From positions 372,001 through 436,000 of the forward strand of contig JBODTK010000142.1 in assembly GCA_050613775.1 (NCBI GenBank): 64,000 nucleotides of DNA, read 5' to 3'. This stretch comes from Neocallimastix sp. 'constans' (lineage: Eukaryota). Under the pieces are notes generated by a model. That model had not been told where the DNA came from. It made no database searches and saw only the letters and a program-made list of their open reading frames with translations. The position numbers and the translations under genes were made by a program. Within the stretch, counting starts at the first letter, position 1, and the number at the start of each line of letters is the position of its first letter. Positions 12,994 through 26,063 of this stretch are shown one piece after another.

Positions 12994-14163
12994 TTAACAG
13001 ACAATGATTACACCAATACAAACCAAGACTAAAGCAATTAAATTTTCAATTTTAAATAATTCTTCACCAAGGAAAATACCAGATAAAAATGAACCAAAAA
13101 TTGGAATTAAGAAATTAAAATACGCAATTTTTCCTACATCATTAAATCTAATTAATGTATTCCATATAGAAAAAGCTACAGCGGATAATAATGACATATG
13201 AATCATTAATAAGTAACCTTTAAAACTAACATTACGATATGGTTTTTCAGTTGAACCTTCTGGTGGTTCAAGTGGTGTTATAATCATCCAAACAATTGCT
13301 ATAATATCGATAATTAAAGCACCCAAAAACATTTGATATCCTGTAATCATAATAATATCAGGCCTTTTCTTTTCTTTTAATTTTTCATTATTCCGTCTAT
13401 TGAATTTATAAAGGGAACCTTTAGCAGTTAATATTTTAATGACAACTGAAGCACAACTTGATAAAAAGCATGAAATCATAATTGCACCTTCACCTTTAAT
13501 AGTAAAAGACCATTCAAATTTCTTACTTTCATCTTTATTACTTCTAAGAAAGTCAAAACCAACATTAATGATAATGACACCTATAAAACCAATTACACAA
13601 CCAATAAATTTTCTAATAGTAATTCTATCATTTTTAAATAAAAAGTGTGCAAGAATAACTGTAAAGAAAGTATTACATGAATTAATAATAGAGCACTTCA
13701 CACCAGTTGAATTGCTGAGACCATAATAAAATATTATATATTGAAGAGTAATACCTATAAATCCTAAAGTTATAATATCAGGAATTTCTCTTAATTTTGG
13801 TTTAATAAATCTTCTTTTTATTATACAATAAGCAACAATAATAATTAATCCAGCAAACGTAAATCTCATACCAGCAAATAAGAATATTGATTTTAAATCT
13901 TGACTATTAATATGAAATTCTTCATAACCTAATTTAATACTTGGAAAAGCACTACCCCATAAGAATGTACATACAATTGCCAAAACATAGAGCCAAAAAC
14001 GATTAACACATATTTTTCTGAGACGACTATCTTTTACTGGAGTAGTTTTTTGTTCTTTTATCACTTCCTCATCTTCTAATTTATTCAAATTTAAATCTGT
14101 AATTTCTTTTTCTGTAAAATTTTCATTTATTGAAATTTCAACTTTTAAATTATTTGTTTCCAT
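12994..14163 (-). CDS. EamA/DMT family transporter, copy 1, intronless
   Basis: 389 aa with about 10 TM segments and LWGSAFPSIKLGY, FAGMRFTFAG, LAHFLFKND, ITGYQMFLGA and FNFLIPIFGSFLSGIFLGE, typical of bacterial DMT permeases. Confidence 0.92.
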   Translation of the reverse strand: METNNLKVEISINENFTEKEITDLNLNKLEDEEVIKEQKTTPVKDSRLRKICVNRFWLYVLAIVCTFLWGSAFPSIKLGYEEFHINSQDLKSIFLFAGMRFTFAGLIIIVAYCIIKRRFIKPKLREIPDIITLGFIGITLQYIIFYYGLSNSTGVKCSIINSCNTFFTVILAHFLFKNDRITIRKFIGCVIGFIGVIIINVGFDFLRSNKDESKKFEWSFTIKGEGAIMISCFLSSCASVVIKILTAKGSLYKFNRRNNEKLKEKKRPDIIMITGYQMFLGALIIDIIAIVWMIITPLEPPEGSTEKPYRNVSFKGYLLMIHMSLLSAVAFSIWNTLIRFNDVGKIAYFNFLIPIFGSFLSGIFLGEELFKIENLIALVLVCIGVIIVC

Positions 14164-14261
14164 TTGTTATTAATATTATTATTATTAAAATAAGAATTTA
14201 AAATTTAATTTTTTTTTTTTTTATAATATGTATTAAAAAATAATTAGTTTATTTATAACCT

Positions 14262-14294
<33 letters not shown>

Positions 14295-14741
14295 TTATTA
14301 TTATTTATATTATTATTATATTGAATCAATTTCTATGATATTTTATATTAAAATTAGAAAAACAAATGTGAAATTTATATTTTAACAAATATTTACATTA
14401 AAATAATTTTAAATGAATTAAATCTTTATTGTATAATTTTAAATATATAATAATATTTCTTTTATTTGTTTTTATTTAAATTTTATTTTTTCAATTTTTG
14501 ATTTTAATCTCTTCAATATTTTGCATTTAAATTGATATGTATATATTTATTATTTTTTTTCATTCTATTCTTATTTCATTGTATTTATTTATTTATTTTT
14601 TTTTTTTTTAATTTTTAATAGATTTTAAAAAAAAATAATAATAATAATAATAAATTTCAAAATTTCAAAATTTCAAAATTTGAATTTCAGATTACAGATT
14701 ATAATTACACTAATATTATATATATCTAATAATATACTTTT

Positions 14742-14774
<33 letters not shown>

Positions 14775-15124
14775 CAATAATAATTAAATTTTATATTAAA
14801 ATCATTACACAAAAAATATCTTTTATTCTGTAAAAAGTATATATATATTTTTAATTAATAATAGTTTTAATAATTTTATAATAATTTTTACACGTGTATT
14901 ACATAAATTTTTAAATCTAATTCAATAATTTATGCTATAAAATAATATTTAATTAAAAAAAATAACAATAATAAATAATAATTATAATAATAAAATAAAA
15001 TAAATTGTAGAATATTAAATAAGAAAGTACATATTAAATAAAATAAAAAAAAAACAAGAAATAAAATAAAAATTATGATATTATTTTATAAGAATTTTCA
15101 GCTACATATAAATTTATAATTGAA

Positions 15125-16726
15125 TTAATTAGAAATAATAACACCCAATGTTACTAAAAACAAAGATATTCCATTTTCTATGGTTATAATACTTTCATTT
15201 AAAAATAAACCTGAAAAAATGGTACCAAATATAGGAATTAAAAAATTAAAGAATGATAAAAATCCAACAGAGTTGTATTTAATTAGTATGTTCCATAGAG
15301 AAAAAGCTACTGAAGTAATTAATATCATATATATAATTATTAAAAAACCAAGAAATCGAATTGATTCAAATGCCTTTTTTTCATTAACTGAATTGCTAGT
15401 ATTAATATTTTTATTTGAAAATATAGTATAATTTGAAATTTTAGGTGTCCAAAATAGTCCAGTTAAAATTAAAGATACAGCACCAACTAGCATTTGATAT
15501 CCAGTTAGCATTATTATATCTTTTTTTATTTTTGAATACGAGTATAAATCAACAATTTCATTTAATGCAAATTCTTTATTCTTAATCGTTGTATTCATAT
15601 AATCTTTAGAATTTTCATAAGAACGTTTAGTTTTTTCAAAATCATTTATAGATTCATGAAAAGAATTGTTATTTGGAGGTACAATTTCAATGTCCTCAAA
15701 TTCAGTTTCATCATAATTATTATTTAGGTAATTATTATAAATAGATGAATGATCATATAAATTATTAGAAAAATAAGAATTATTAGAGTTTCTTAACGAA
15801 TCCTTATTTAAATTTAAATTTTTATGATCAATCTTATCTAAAGAAGTATGATATTTTTTTTCTTTGTAAGAATCAATACTTTGGTTATCATATAGAGTTG
15901 ATTCATGAATTTCTTCCTCATATGAATTATCATTTTTATTTTTTTGTATTGATTTTTTAATTTCTTCTTCTTTATCATCCATAGAATTTGTAAATAGTTT
16001 ATTCATTAAAAAAATACTTCCTCGCTTTAATTTATCAACAAACCAAAGAGAGATATTCATTATATATTTTATAATTTTCCAATTTTTGTAGTTATGAAAT
16101 AATTCATTGGAATTATTTGAATTGAAAATTTTAATCAAAACGGTTCCTAATGCTGAACATAAAGAAGATAATAAAATCATTCCATCTCCTTGAAAGTTAA
16201 AAGATAAATTATCATTATCTGATTTATAGTTTTCGTTTTTTTTATTCGGTTTTGAAAAATTTAAATTGATCACCATAACACCCATGATACCAAATAAGCA
16301 ACCAATAATTTTTTTAATTGTTAATTGATCTTCCCTAAATAAAAAATGGGCAAGAATTAAGGTGAAAAAAGTAACTGATGAATTCAAGACAGAACCTTTT
16401 GTTCCTGATGTATTTACCAATCCTATATAGAAAAAAAAATACTGTAAAAAAGTATTAATTATTCCAATAAAAATAATTGGAAAAACTTCATTTGCAGAAG
16501 GATAAATCCATCTTTTTTCCCAAACATTTTCTATTAAAATAATTAAACCGCTAGCAAAGAAAAATCTTATTCCTGCAAATAATAATATATTTTTAATATC
16601 ATTATTTTCAATTTGAAATTCTTTATATCCAAGTTTTATTGAAGGAAAAGCACTTCCCCATAATAATGTACAAATAATTGCAAATATTGATGCATAGATT
16701 TTATTACTTAAAATATTAAAATTCAT
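15125..16726 (-). CDS. EamA/DMT family transporter, copy 2, with a large internal hydrophilic insertion
   Basis: 533 aa with the same motifs as copy 1 (LWGSAFPSIKLGY, LAHFLFRED, LTGYQML, FNFLIPIFG). About 200 aa of mostly Asn/Asp/Ser-rich sequence lies between LIKIF and DIIMLTGYQ. Confidence 0.9.
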   Translation of the reverse strand: MNFNILSNKIYASIFAIICTLLWGSAFPSIKLGYKEFQIENNDIKNILLFAGIRFFFASGLIILIENVWEKRWIYPSANEVFPIIFIGIINTFLQYFFFYIGLVNTSGTKGSVLNSSVTFFTLILAHFLFREDQLTIKKIIGCLFGIMGVMVINLNFSKPNKKNENYKSDNDNLSFNFQGDGMILLSSLCSALGTVLIKIFNSNNSNELFHNYKNWKIIKYIMNISLWFVDKLKRGSIFLMNKLFTNSMDDKEEEIKKSIQKNKNDNSYEEEIHESTLYDNQSIDSYKEKKYHTSLDKIDHKNLNLNKDSLRNSNNSYFSNNLYDHSSIYNNYLNNNYDETEFEDIEIVPPNNNSFHESINDFEKTKRSYENSKDYMNTTIKNKEFALNEIVDLYSYSKIKKDIIMLTGYQMLVGAVSLILTGLFWTPKISNYTIFSNKNINTSNSVNEKKAFESIRFLGFLIIIYMILITSVAFSLWNILIKYNSVGFLSFFNFLIPIFGTIFSGLFLNESIITIENGISLFLVTLGVIISN

Positions 16727-16999
16727 TGTTTTAAATAATATACAATAGTTATAATTAATGGAATATGCTAAAAAATCAATAAATAAAAATTAAAATAGTA
16801 AAATAAACAAAATAAAAATAAAAAAAAAAATAATAATAATAAAAAAAAAAAAAAAATAAAAAAAAAAAAATTCTATTGCTAATAATTATTACTTGTTTAT
16901 ATATAAATTTTATTATTTTATATTAAAAAGTTCTAATATATAAATAAATAAATAAATAAATAAATTTATAAATTAATATAAATATGTTATAATTTACTG

Positions 17000-17042
<43 letters not shown>

Positions 17043-17364
17043 GAAATTTTTATATAATTTAGTAATAATATATAATATTAATTATAAATAGATAATAGTA
17101 AATATATAAACATAATATATATATATATGTTTATTGTTATCTTTATTATATATTATTTTATTTATTATTAATTCATTATTTATTTATTATTTACTTTTAT
17201 TAATCTATTAATTAAAAAAAAAAAAAAAAAAAATATCACAAGAAAAAATTTATTCTCGAAATTACTTAATTACATATAAATATAAGTAAAAATATAAGAA
17301 AATTTTAAATTAAATGTAAAATATTAAATATTAAATATTTTATATTTCAATATGTCATTATTAT

Positions 17365-19012
17365 TCATTTTTGATTCTCTTTATTAACACTTAAAATTGA
17401 ATTTAAACTGTTACGAAGAGTTGAAGATAGTGGAAGGATATATTTATTTTTGATATTAATATTAATTACATTTTCAATAATATCAGGACAACTTGATCCA
17501 TAACTATAACAAAATTTTTATTATTTGGTAGAGAATCAGATATATCTGTACTTTCACTGGATGGGTGAGAAAACTTTTTCATATCCTTATTATATATTTT
17601 GATATTATTATTATTATTGTTGTTGTTGTTGTTGCTATTAATATTATTATCTAAATTAATTTTATTTTTATATTTATATAATCACTGTTATTATCTAAAT
17701 TAATATTATTTTTATCATTATTATTATTAGTAGTAGAGGTAATAACACAATTATTATTACTGTCGTTATTTTTATTAATATTATTAACTATCCAATTAAA
17801 TTTATTAAATATATTATTTTCTATCATGTTACTATTTACGTCATAAAAGTTATTATTTGTAGTATTTAAGGTATTTACATTATTAATTTTTAATATGAAA
17901 TACTAATATTATTATTAATGTCAATATCTTGGAAATCTTAAGTGTTACTAAAAATTGTTGATTTAAGAGACTGTTACAATTTTTAACCAATTTTTGTTCA
18001 TTTAAATTCTTATTTTTTTTTTTTTTTTTTTTTTTTAACTAGTATTTTTTCTGATTACTATTTAAATAATTTTCTTTCAAATTGTATTTCTTATAGTTTT
18101 TATTCAATTTATTAATATTGAAAAATAAATTATCATTTTTAAAATCATTAGTATTAATTCTTTCACTATTAATGTTATTAGATTTTTTATTATAATTTTT
18201 ATTATTACTAAAATAATTCATTAATGATTTTTCTTCTGTCATTTTTATTTCATGAAATTGGTTAGAATTAACTTCTATATTTTGTTCATTTAATGGATGA
18301 TAATTATTTTCTTTAAAAAAGTAATTGTTGTTCGCATTTTTATCATTAGAATTTATTATTGAATTATTATAACTCAATATATTAGTAATATCCTGATCAT
18401 TATTAAATTCCATTTCATTATAAACTTCATTACTTTCAATATCATAACTATCAGATAATTCCTGATATGAGTTTGAAAAACGACTTGAATATCTGTCATT
18501 TTCACTTATATATGGTAAAGAATTTGATGATATAAAGCTTAATCTATCATAAATATCATGTATAAATGGACTTAAATGTGTTTCCAACGGTGATTTAATT
18601 TTATTTCCAAAATTAACACTACTACGTATAGGACTATATAAATTGAATGATGATATTCTTTTTCTTAAATCGGCAAATGATTGAATACTACTTCCTTCAA
18701 AATTACTGTTATTATCTTCAAATAAATTATTGATATTATTATTATTATTAACATTAGTGTTTACATTTTCTAGTTTGCAATAGTTTAAATTACTTTTCTT
18801 TAATACAGGCTTATATAATGTATCATTATATACTTTAATAAAATTATTTGGATATTTCACATTAAATATTGAACCACTCTCTAAATTTTTATAAATGTTT
18901 CTATTATTACTTGAATTTTGATTAATGTTATTATCATCATTACATATTAAATCATGAAGTTTACTCTTATTTTCTTTATGGAAATGATATAGATAATTTG
19001 ATAAGCGTTTAC

Positions 19013-19078
<66 letters not shown>

Positions 19079-19642
19079 CTGAAAATGAATCATAGTAGTT
19101 TATTAATCCTTCGCTTACATTTTGATATAATTGATTTAACTTCCCATTTATTTTTTTAAATGATTTTGAATTCAAATTTAGCTGATGAAATATAAAGACA
19201 ATATATACTACCATTAATAAAATTAAACCCGACATTATAAGATATATATTACATTTCCTTGATGTATCATAATAAACATCTCTTATAATATCATGGAAAT
19301 AATATAAAGCTACTTTAATATTATTTACTAAAGATAAAATATACATTATTTTATATATAAATTTCATAATAATAGTAATATTAAAATTAATATTAATATG
19401 AATAAAATTATAAGTATATACATAATTAAAAATAATTATTCACACATCATTTACATTCATATTTTTTATATAATATTCCAAAATATACATTCATATATTC
19501 CTTATAGAACTGTCTAAATAAAATACTTATATATATATATATGTTTGATTAAATATATAAGTTGGTAAATAAGAAAAAAAAATTAACATAATAAATTAAA
19601 ATTAATTTAAATATATAGTTATACACATAAATAAACGTTAAA

Positions 19643-19724
<82 letters not shown>

Positions 19725-19967
19725 TAAATTAAAATTAAAAATTAAAATAGAAATAAAAATAAAAAAAAAAAAAAAAAAAAATTATTTTATATTATATATA
19801 TATTATATTTAAATTAATTAATTTTTTGCTTACTTGCAGATTGTTAAATTTAATATTTTACCTGAAATATAATACTTCAATAAATTCTTTATTATTTTAA
19901 TGGAATCTATATACACATATATATTAATATATAAATATATGTATTTATTAAAAAAACAATAAAAATT

Positions 19968-20022
<55 letters not shown>

Positions 20023-22253
20023 GTAATAATAATAATATAATTTTTATTTTTATTTATTTTATTTTACCTTTGTTTTTATAAGTTTCTTTCATTATCATAT
20101 AAACATTTGACATTATGAAACAAATAGCAATAGTGTTTAATAACATAAACGTAATTATAATAACAGTTGGTGTTTCAATATTAAAGGTTTCGAAAATATA
20201 TGAATTAATAAATATTATTGAAACACCCAATGATACACATATAACTGATATGATAGAACTATATGAGCTAATATATTTAAATGCTACATTTACTGCAATA
20301 AGAAAAACTGTGAATAAACTACAAAATAAGAATAAAAAGTATAAATAATAATATTTAATTAAAATTTTAAAATATTAATAATACAGTAAATAATGAATTA
20401 AAAATTGATTTTTTTATTATAATATTATCATAAATATTAACATTAGATAATATATATACCTTATAATTATTATCAATATTTCATATTGAATTACTGAAAA
20501 TTCATGAATTAACTCTAATAATATTAATAAAATATTAATAATGTTATAATTATTAATAATAATTAAAAAAAAAAATAAAATAGTTTTATATAAAAAATAT
20601 CAAATATTATTTTTTCTACTTTTATTTTTTCTTTTTTTTTTTTTTTTTTTAATGGTAAAAAAAGTAAAACAAATCATATAATACTTACGTATTAATATAG
20701 ATAATTTATTTGTGTCCATCATGTAATTATATCCTATACAAAAACTGAATAGATAAAAAATGTTTAACTTAATGGAAAGGATAACATTTTTTTTATATAA
20801 TAGTTCTGTTATTATAAAGAAAATAATACACATAACAGGAATTAAAAATTGTGTAAAATAATATTTCCATGTTTCATCTAAATATATTATAAATATAAAT
20901 ATAATAATAAAAAAAAATTATAATTATAGCAATAATATAATAATAAATAATATATAGTAGTAATTTATTAATATTAAAAATTTTATCAAATAAAATTAAT
21001 ATTAGTATAAAAAAAATTACCATATATTGCTTCATTTAATAAATATATGCAAGTAACATAGCCTATATATATTATAAGTTCTATATAAGTATTTTGAAGT
21101 TTGGAAATTTAAAAAAAAATTGTTTTTAAGAAAAAAAATTAAGTAAATAAATAATTACTATAAAGAATAAAGGCTCCAAAAAAATCAATTTTAAAGATAT
21201 TTGATTCTTCTGAAATTTTATTATTTATTTGTCTATTTGTTATAACTAAAATAAAAAGACATATCGAAAATGGTAATGATAATAGATATAATATTTTCCA
21301 ACTATAAATAGGATATATATAAATTATGTATTATAAAAAATGAATTAATATATATATATTATTATAATTAATATATATATACGATTTTACTCTATCCATT
21401 TAATTAGTATGGATAATAATGCACCCAATATTATAGATAAAACAAAGAAAGTAGATATTGTTCTTTTCTTAATACTTCATTAATAATATAATATACAATT
21501 TGTTTAGTATAATGAATAAAAAATGATATAAAACTATATTATTAAACTATTAAACTAAAATTATATAAAATATGAAAAAGAATAAAATACCTTTGAATTT
21601 TATAGAATTCTTTATTTGACAGTATATAAAATCCTAAACTTATATTACTTCCAATTGCAAAGCCTTTGACCGAAAAACATATAATAAATAAAATTCTATT
21701 ATTTTCAAAATAAAAGCCAAGTGAACTTATTATATTCAATATTGATGATATAATGTTTATTATATTTCCAGAACTTGAAAATACTGTAAAAAAAAAAAAA
21801 AAATCGAAAATTTTAAGACAAAAATGTTATAATTTTTTTTTTTTTTTTTGTTTTTTTTGTTTTTGTTTAAATGAATAAGAATATATTAGAAAAAAAAATA
21901 TATACATAAAAAATTACTATTGTTATTATTACCATTGAACGAAACTAAAAAGGAAATATAAAAAGAAATTATATGAACATTATATTCATTTATAGAATTA
22001 TTGTCTAATATAATAGTTGGAAATAATGATGTTAAAATTATAAAATCAAGTCCCGAAATAAAAAACAAAAGAATTACAATAAGTCCTACATTCTTTTAAA
22101 TATATATATATTATTATTATTATTTTAAACAAAATCTACTCAATTATATTGGAAATGAATTTATATCAATAGGCTAATTTAAAAATAAGAAATATTTATA
22201 TATATTTAATATACCTGTTTGACCAGTTCGATATTTTTTTTAATAACTTCCAT
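17365..22253 (-). CDS. Divergent multi-exon MFS transporter (DHA2/14-TM-like) with a long Asn-rich C-terminal tail; 3' part apparently frameshifted
   Basis: Exon 1 MEVIKKNIELVKQ (22253-22215, GT donor) splices in frame to NVGLIVILLFFISGLDFIILTSLFPTII, like DHA2 motif D1. Further hydrophobic exons at about 21590-21785, 21385-21500, 21020-21300 (WKILYLLSLPF, DFFG), 20690-20880 and 20070-20345. Then ORF 18039-19367 and a tail ending ...NKENQK* at 17365. Confidence 0.55.
19644..19724. repeat. (TAA)n microsatellite (intronic)
   Basis: Long perfect TAA run; a second run lies at about 19970-20035. Confidence 0.9.
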
Positions 22254-22434
22254 TGATATAGTTTAAAAATATAAAAATAAATGTTAAAAAAGAAAAAAAT
22301 TATTCTCTAAAATTAAAAGACATTATTTATAGTTTTTTTTTTTTTTTTTTATTCAATATCCAAAATTAAATTTTATCTCAAATGAATTTATATTTTTAAC
22401 TAAAGCTTACTTAAAAAGTCAAAATTCATTAACG

Positions 22435-22467
<33 letters not shown>

Positions 22468-23384
22468 TTGATTTTTAATATATTAAAAAAAAATTTTTTT
22501 AATAAAAAAAATATTTAATTAATTAAAAAAAAAGTTTAAATCGATAAATATTAATTTAAATAAGATTTAAATAAATAAATGACCAAATATGTATTTATAA
22601 AAAAATAAAAAATAATAAGTAATAATAATATTAATATTTATAATATTAATAATTGTAATTATTAAATAAATATTACAATATTTACATTTTTCTAATAAAA
22701 CTTAAAGTTTGAATTATTGTAGAATAGTTTTAAAAAGTTAACATATAATTTCGTTAAATAAAATATATAAAAAAAAGGAATAAATAAAATGAAAATTTTT
22801 ACATTAAAAATAAATAAAAGAAAATAAAAATAAAACTAATTATTTCTTATTAATATTTACTATATTTAAAAAAGAGACATTAACAATAAAATATTAAATT
22901 TAATTTAAACTTCTTTCATAAAATATTAAATTTAATATTTAGTATTTAATATTTAGTATCGAAGAAAATAAAAAATACAAGATTAAAAATTTATTGTTTT
23001 TTATTATATATTATATATATAATAAAAAAAATTCAAAAATTAACTCTGTACTAAAAAAAAATTTTAAAACTAATTTGTTAATAAAGAAATAATGGAAAAA
23101 AAAAAAATATTATATATATATATATATATATATTTATTTCTTATTTATATAATAGTGCCTGAATTTTGTTTAAGTGTTATTATAATTTTTAAAAGAAAAA
23201 CATTTTAAATAAAAATAAACTTTGGAACTTATTTCATATATTGTAGATAAAATACATCACATAAATATAAATGATTTTTGAATTTTTTAATAATATTTTT
23301 CTTTGGAAAAGGAAATTATTTATAAAAAAAAAAAAAAGAATGAAGAAAAAAAATTTTTTTTTTTATTTTTAGATTAGGATTAAG

Positions 23385-23780
23385 GAGAGGGAAGGACATT
23401 AGGGCCTCCAGTATCTCTCTTAAACGTATCAAATTCTCATAGGATTCTTTGCCATACCGTTTCGGCGTCGATCAGGACCTCTCTCTAGCAAGGTTAATAT
23501 GAAAGACATTCCTTATACTCTGATTTATAGCACGGGCTTCGTTTCAGTGATCTCTTGAACCATCATTGAGGGAAAACAACTACATTAATCCTCTATGCAC
23601 TAAAATTTATATAATTTAGTAACAGAAACACTTACCATGGCGAGAGAACACCAACTTCATTTATAGGGAAAAATACTCTGAGAAGATGAAAATTGACCCA
23701 TATAAATTCTGGAGGATGTTGTGGGTGAATCCAAAAATGTGTGTTAGTCCGGAGTATTAACCAGCAGCATAAAAACCAGA
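23385..23780 (-). mobile_element. Degenerate 3' end of a non-LTR retrotransposon
   Basis: GC-richer island with no intact ORF. The minus strand reads LIDAETVWQ, matching the terminal KSVN/D-A/V-E...RQ motif of the other LINE relics in this window. Confidence 0.5.
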
Positions 23781-26063
23781 AAGAAATGAAAAAGTTAATA
23801 ATAAACAAAAGCTTAAATATATAAATAAAATATTACTAGTAGATTTAACATGTACCAAATTATTAAATATCGTTAGAGAATATGTATTTTTAGTTTACGA
23901 TTTAATTATAGTTTATGATGCAAATAATTTTATAAATTTATATTTCTATAAGCCTCCTTTGAATAATTAATATAAAAATATGTATTTAATTTATTGAAAT
24001 ATGTATGATCCATTAAACGTATTTTATATGTATAAGTATTATTTAAAGAAATTAAGTTATTAAATAAACAAAACATTAAAATTTTTAACAATATAATATT
24101 ATTAATTAATTTTAATATTTTTTTTATAATATTTAGGTTTATGACAAATCTTTGTTTTCTTTCATATTATATATCACGTGAACTACAATACTTCGTAGTA
24201 AATTATAAATATTTATTTAATATATACGAAAAAAATTAAAATAATTATTCATTAAAAAATTTGTATATATTCAATTTAAAAAAATAAATAATATTATAAT
24301 AATAAAAAAAAAATTAATAATTTATAATACCATATGGTATTATAATATTTTATAATAGATTTGTTTCAGTTTTTTTTTTTTTTTTTAAAGTTGCATTATG
24401 AAAAAAATATATATATATTTATATTTATGTAAGAACATATATTTTTTAAAAAATCCATATGATATCTTCCTTTTTTTTTTTTTTTAATATAAATATTTAA
24501 AAAATATAAAGTATTTTTCTTTATTAAATAATTTATAAAACTTTTTTTATAATATTAACATAATTATAGTCATAACTATATATTAGCATTGTATAATATA
24601 AAATGAGATAAAAAAAAAAAAAAAAAAAAAAAAAACTATTAGATATATTTATATAATTATATATTCAAACATTTATATATTAAATAAATTAAATAGCAAT
24701 GATATATTTCATCAATACAATAATAATATAATAAACTATGTATTCATAATATTTTTTTTCTTTTCAAAGAATTCACCTATTTTAAATTCAAACAAATAAA
24801 GTTAATATTATGGTAGAACTGAAAAAATTAAATATTGAAATCTATATTAATAATTCTATGTATAATTCCTATAATAATATTCAAATACTACACTATATTA
24901 CTATTGGAATTATACATGGTATTATAAATATAAATTTAATTTCCATACATTTAATATATTTTTAAAAATTTCAGAAAATTATTTTTTTAATTATATATTG
25001 AAATTACATAAATGATAGAAAAAATATTTTATAATTAATTTCTTAATTAATCAGTAAAAATAATAATTGACAACAAATTCTTCATTTATGTTTGGTCCAT
25101 CAAAACATCTTTATTTATTTTATCAAATTGAATTAATATTTTATATTTTTATACTTCTTAACGATATAGAGAGTACTTTTTTTTTCTTTTTATAATTTTT
25201 AGTATCAATTATAAACCTATGAACATATTTATTTTTATGCCATCATATATATATTTTTATGTGTGTGTGTTTCTTTAAATTGCTTTAAGCCAACAAATTT
25301 CATTGATAATTATTATATTGAAATATTATGAATTAATATTAAAAAAAAAACCTTTTTATTCGCAAGTATAATAATCAATATTATCTGAATATTAAAATGA
25401 ATTATATAAAAAAAAGGTTACTAACAAAAATATTATAATATACTTATTTAAAAATAACTATTAAATGTACTATTAAATAAAGAAAATAAATGATAATATC
25501 AGAATAAAAGATATGATAAAATTAATTAATAATTAAAGTTTTTATTATTAATTTTTTATTTTTTCTTCATTTTTAATTGGTATACCTTTTATGTAATTAT
25601 ATTTTTAATATAATAGAATACTAAATATTTTAATTTTATTTGTTGAATTTATAAGGATATACATATTTTTATGTTTTTTTTTTAAAAAAAAAAAAAAAAA
25701 CATATTTTTTTAATATTTTTTTTTAAAATATTAAACAGCCAATCATAATTATTATTTTTTTTTTAAAAAAAATTTTTTTTAATGATGATTCTTATTTGTA
25801 TAATAATAATAAAAAATAAAAAATAAAAAAAAACTTCATAACAAATTTTATACTTAATATATTAAATTATTTATTTGAATAAAATAGTACATATATTAAA
25901 TTTTAAATATAATTAAAAATATATAAAAGCATATAATTTACCTCTTTTTTTTTTTTTAATTTGTTTTTAAAATTGTATTTATTTTTTTTATTTTAAACTT
26001 ATAGTTTTTATTTAATTATAATATAAAAAAAAAAATACATATTAGAAATATATAATAATTAAA

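Noticed and set aside
13004..15431. Antisense ORFs within the DMT genes (likewise 11019, 20115, 26874, 62199)
   Set aside because: Opposite-strand shadows of real coding sequence.
23385..23780. Structured ncRNA or ribozyme in a GC-rich island
   Set aside because: No recognisable tRNA, snRNA or ribozyme core by eye; better explained as a LINE 3' relic. An Rfam/Infernal search would be decisive.
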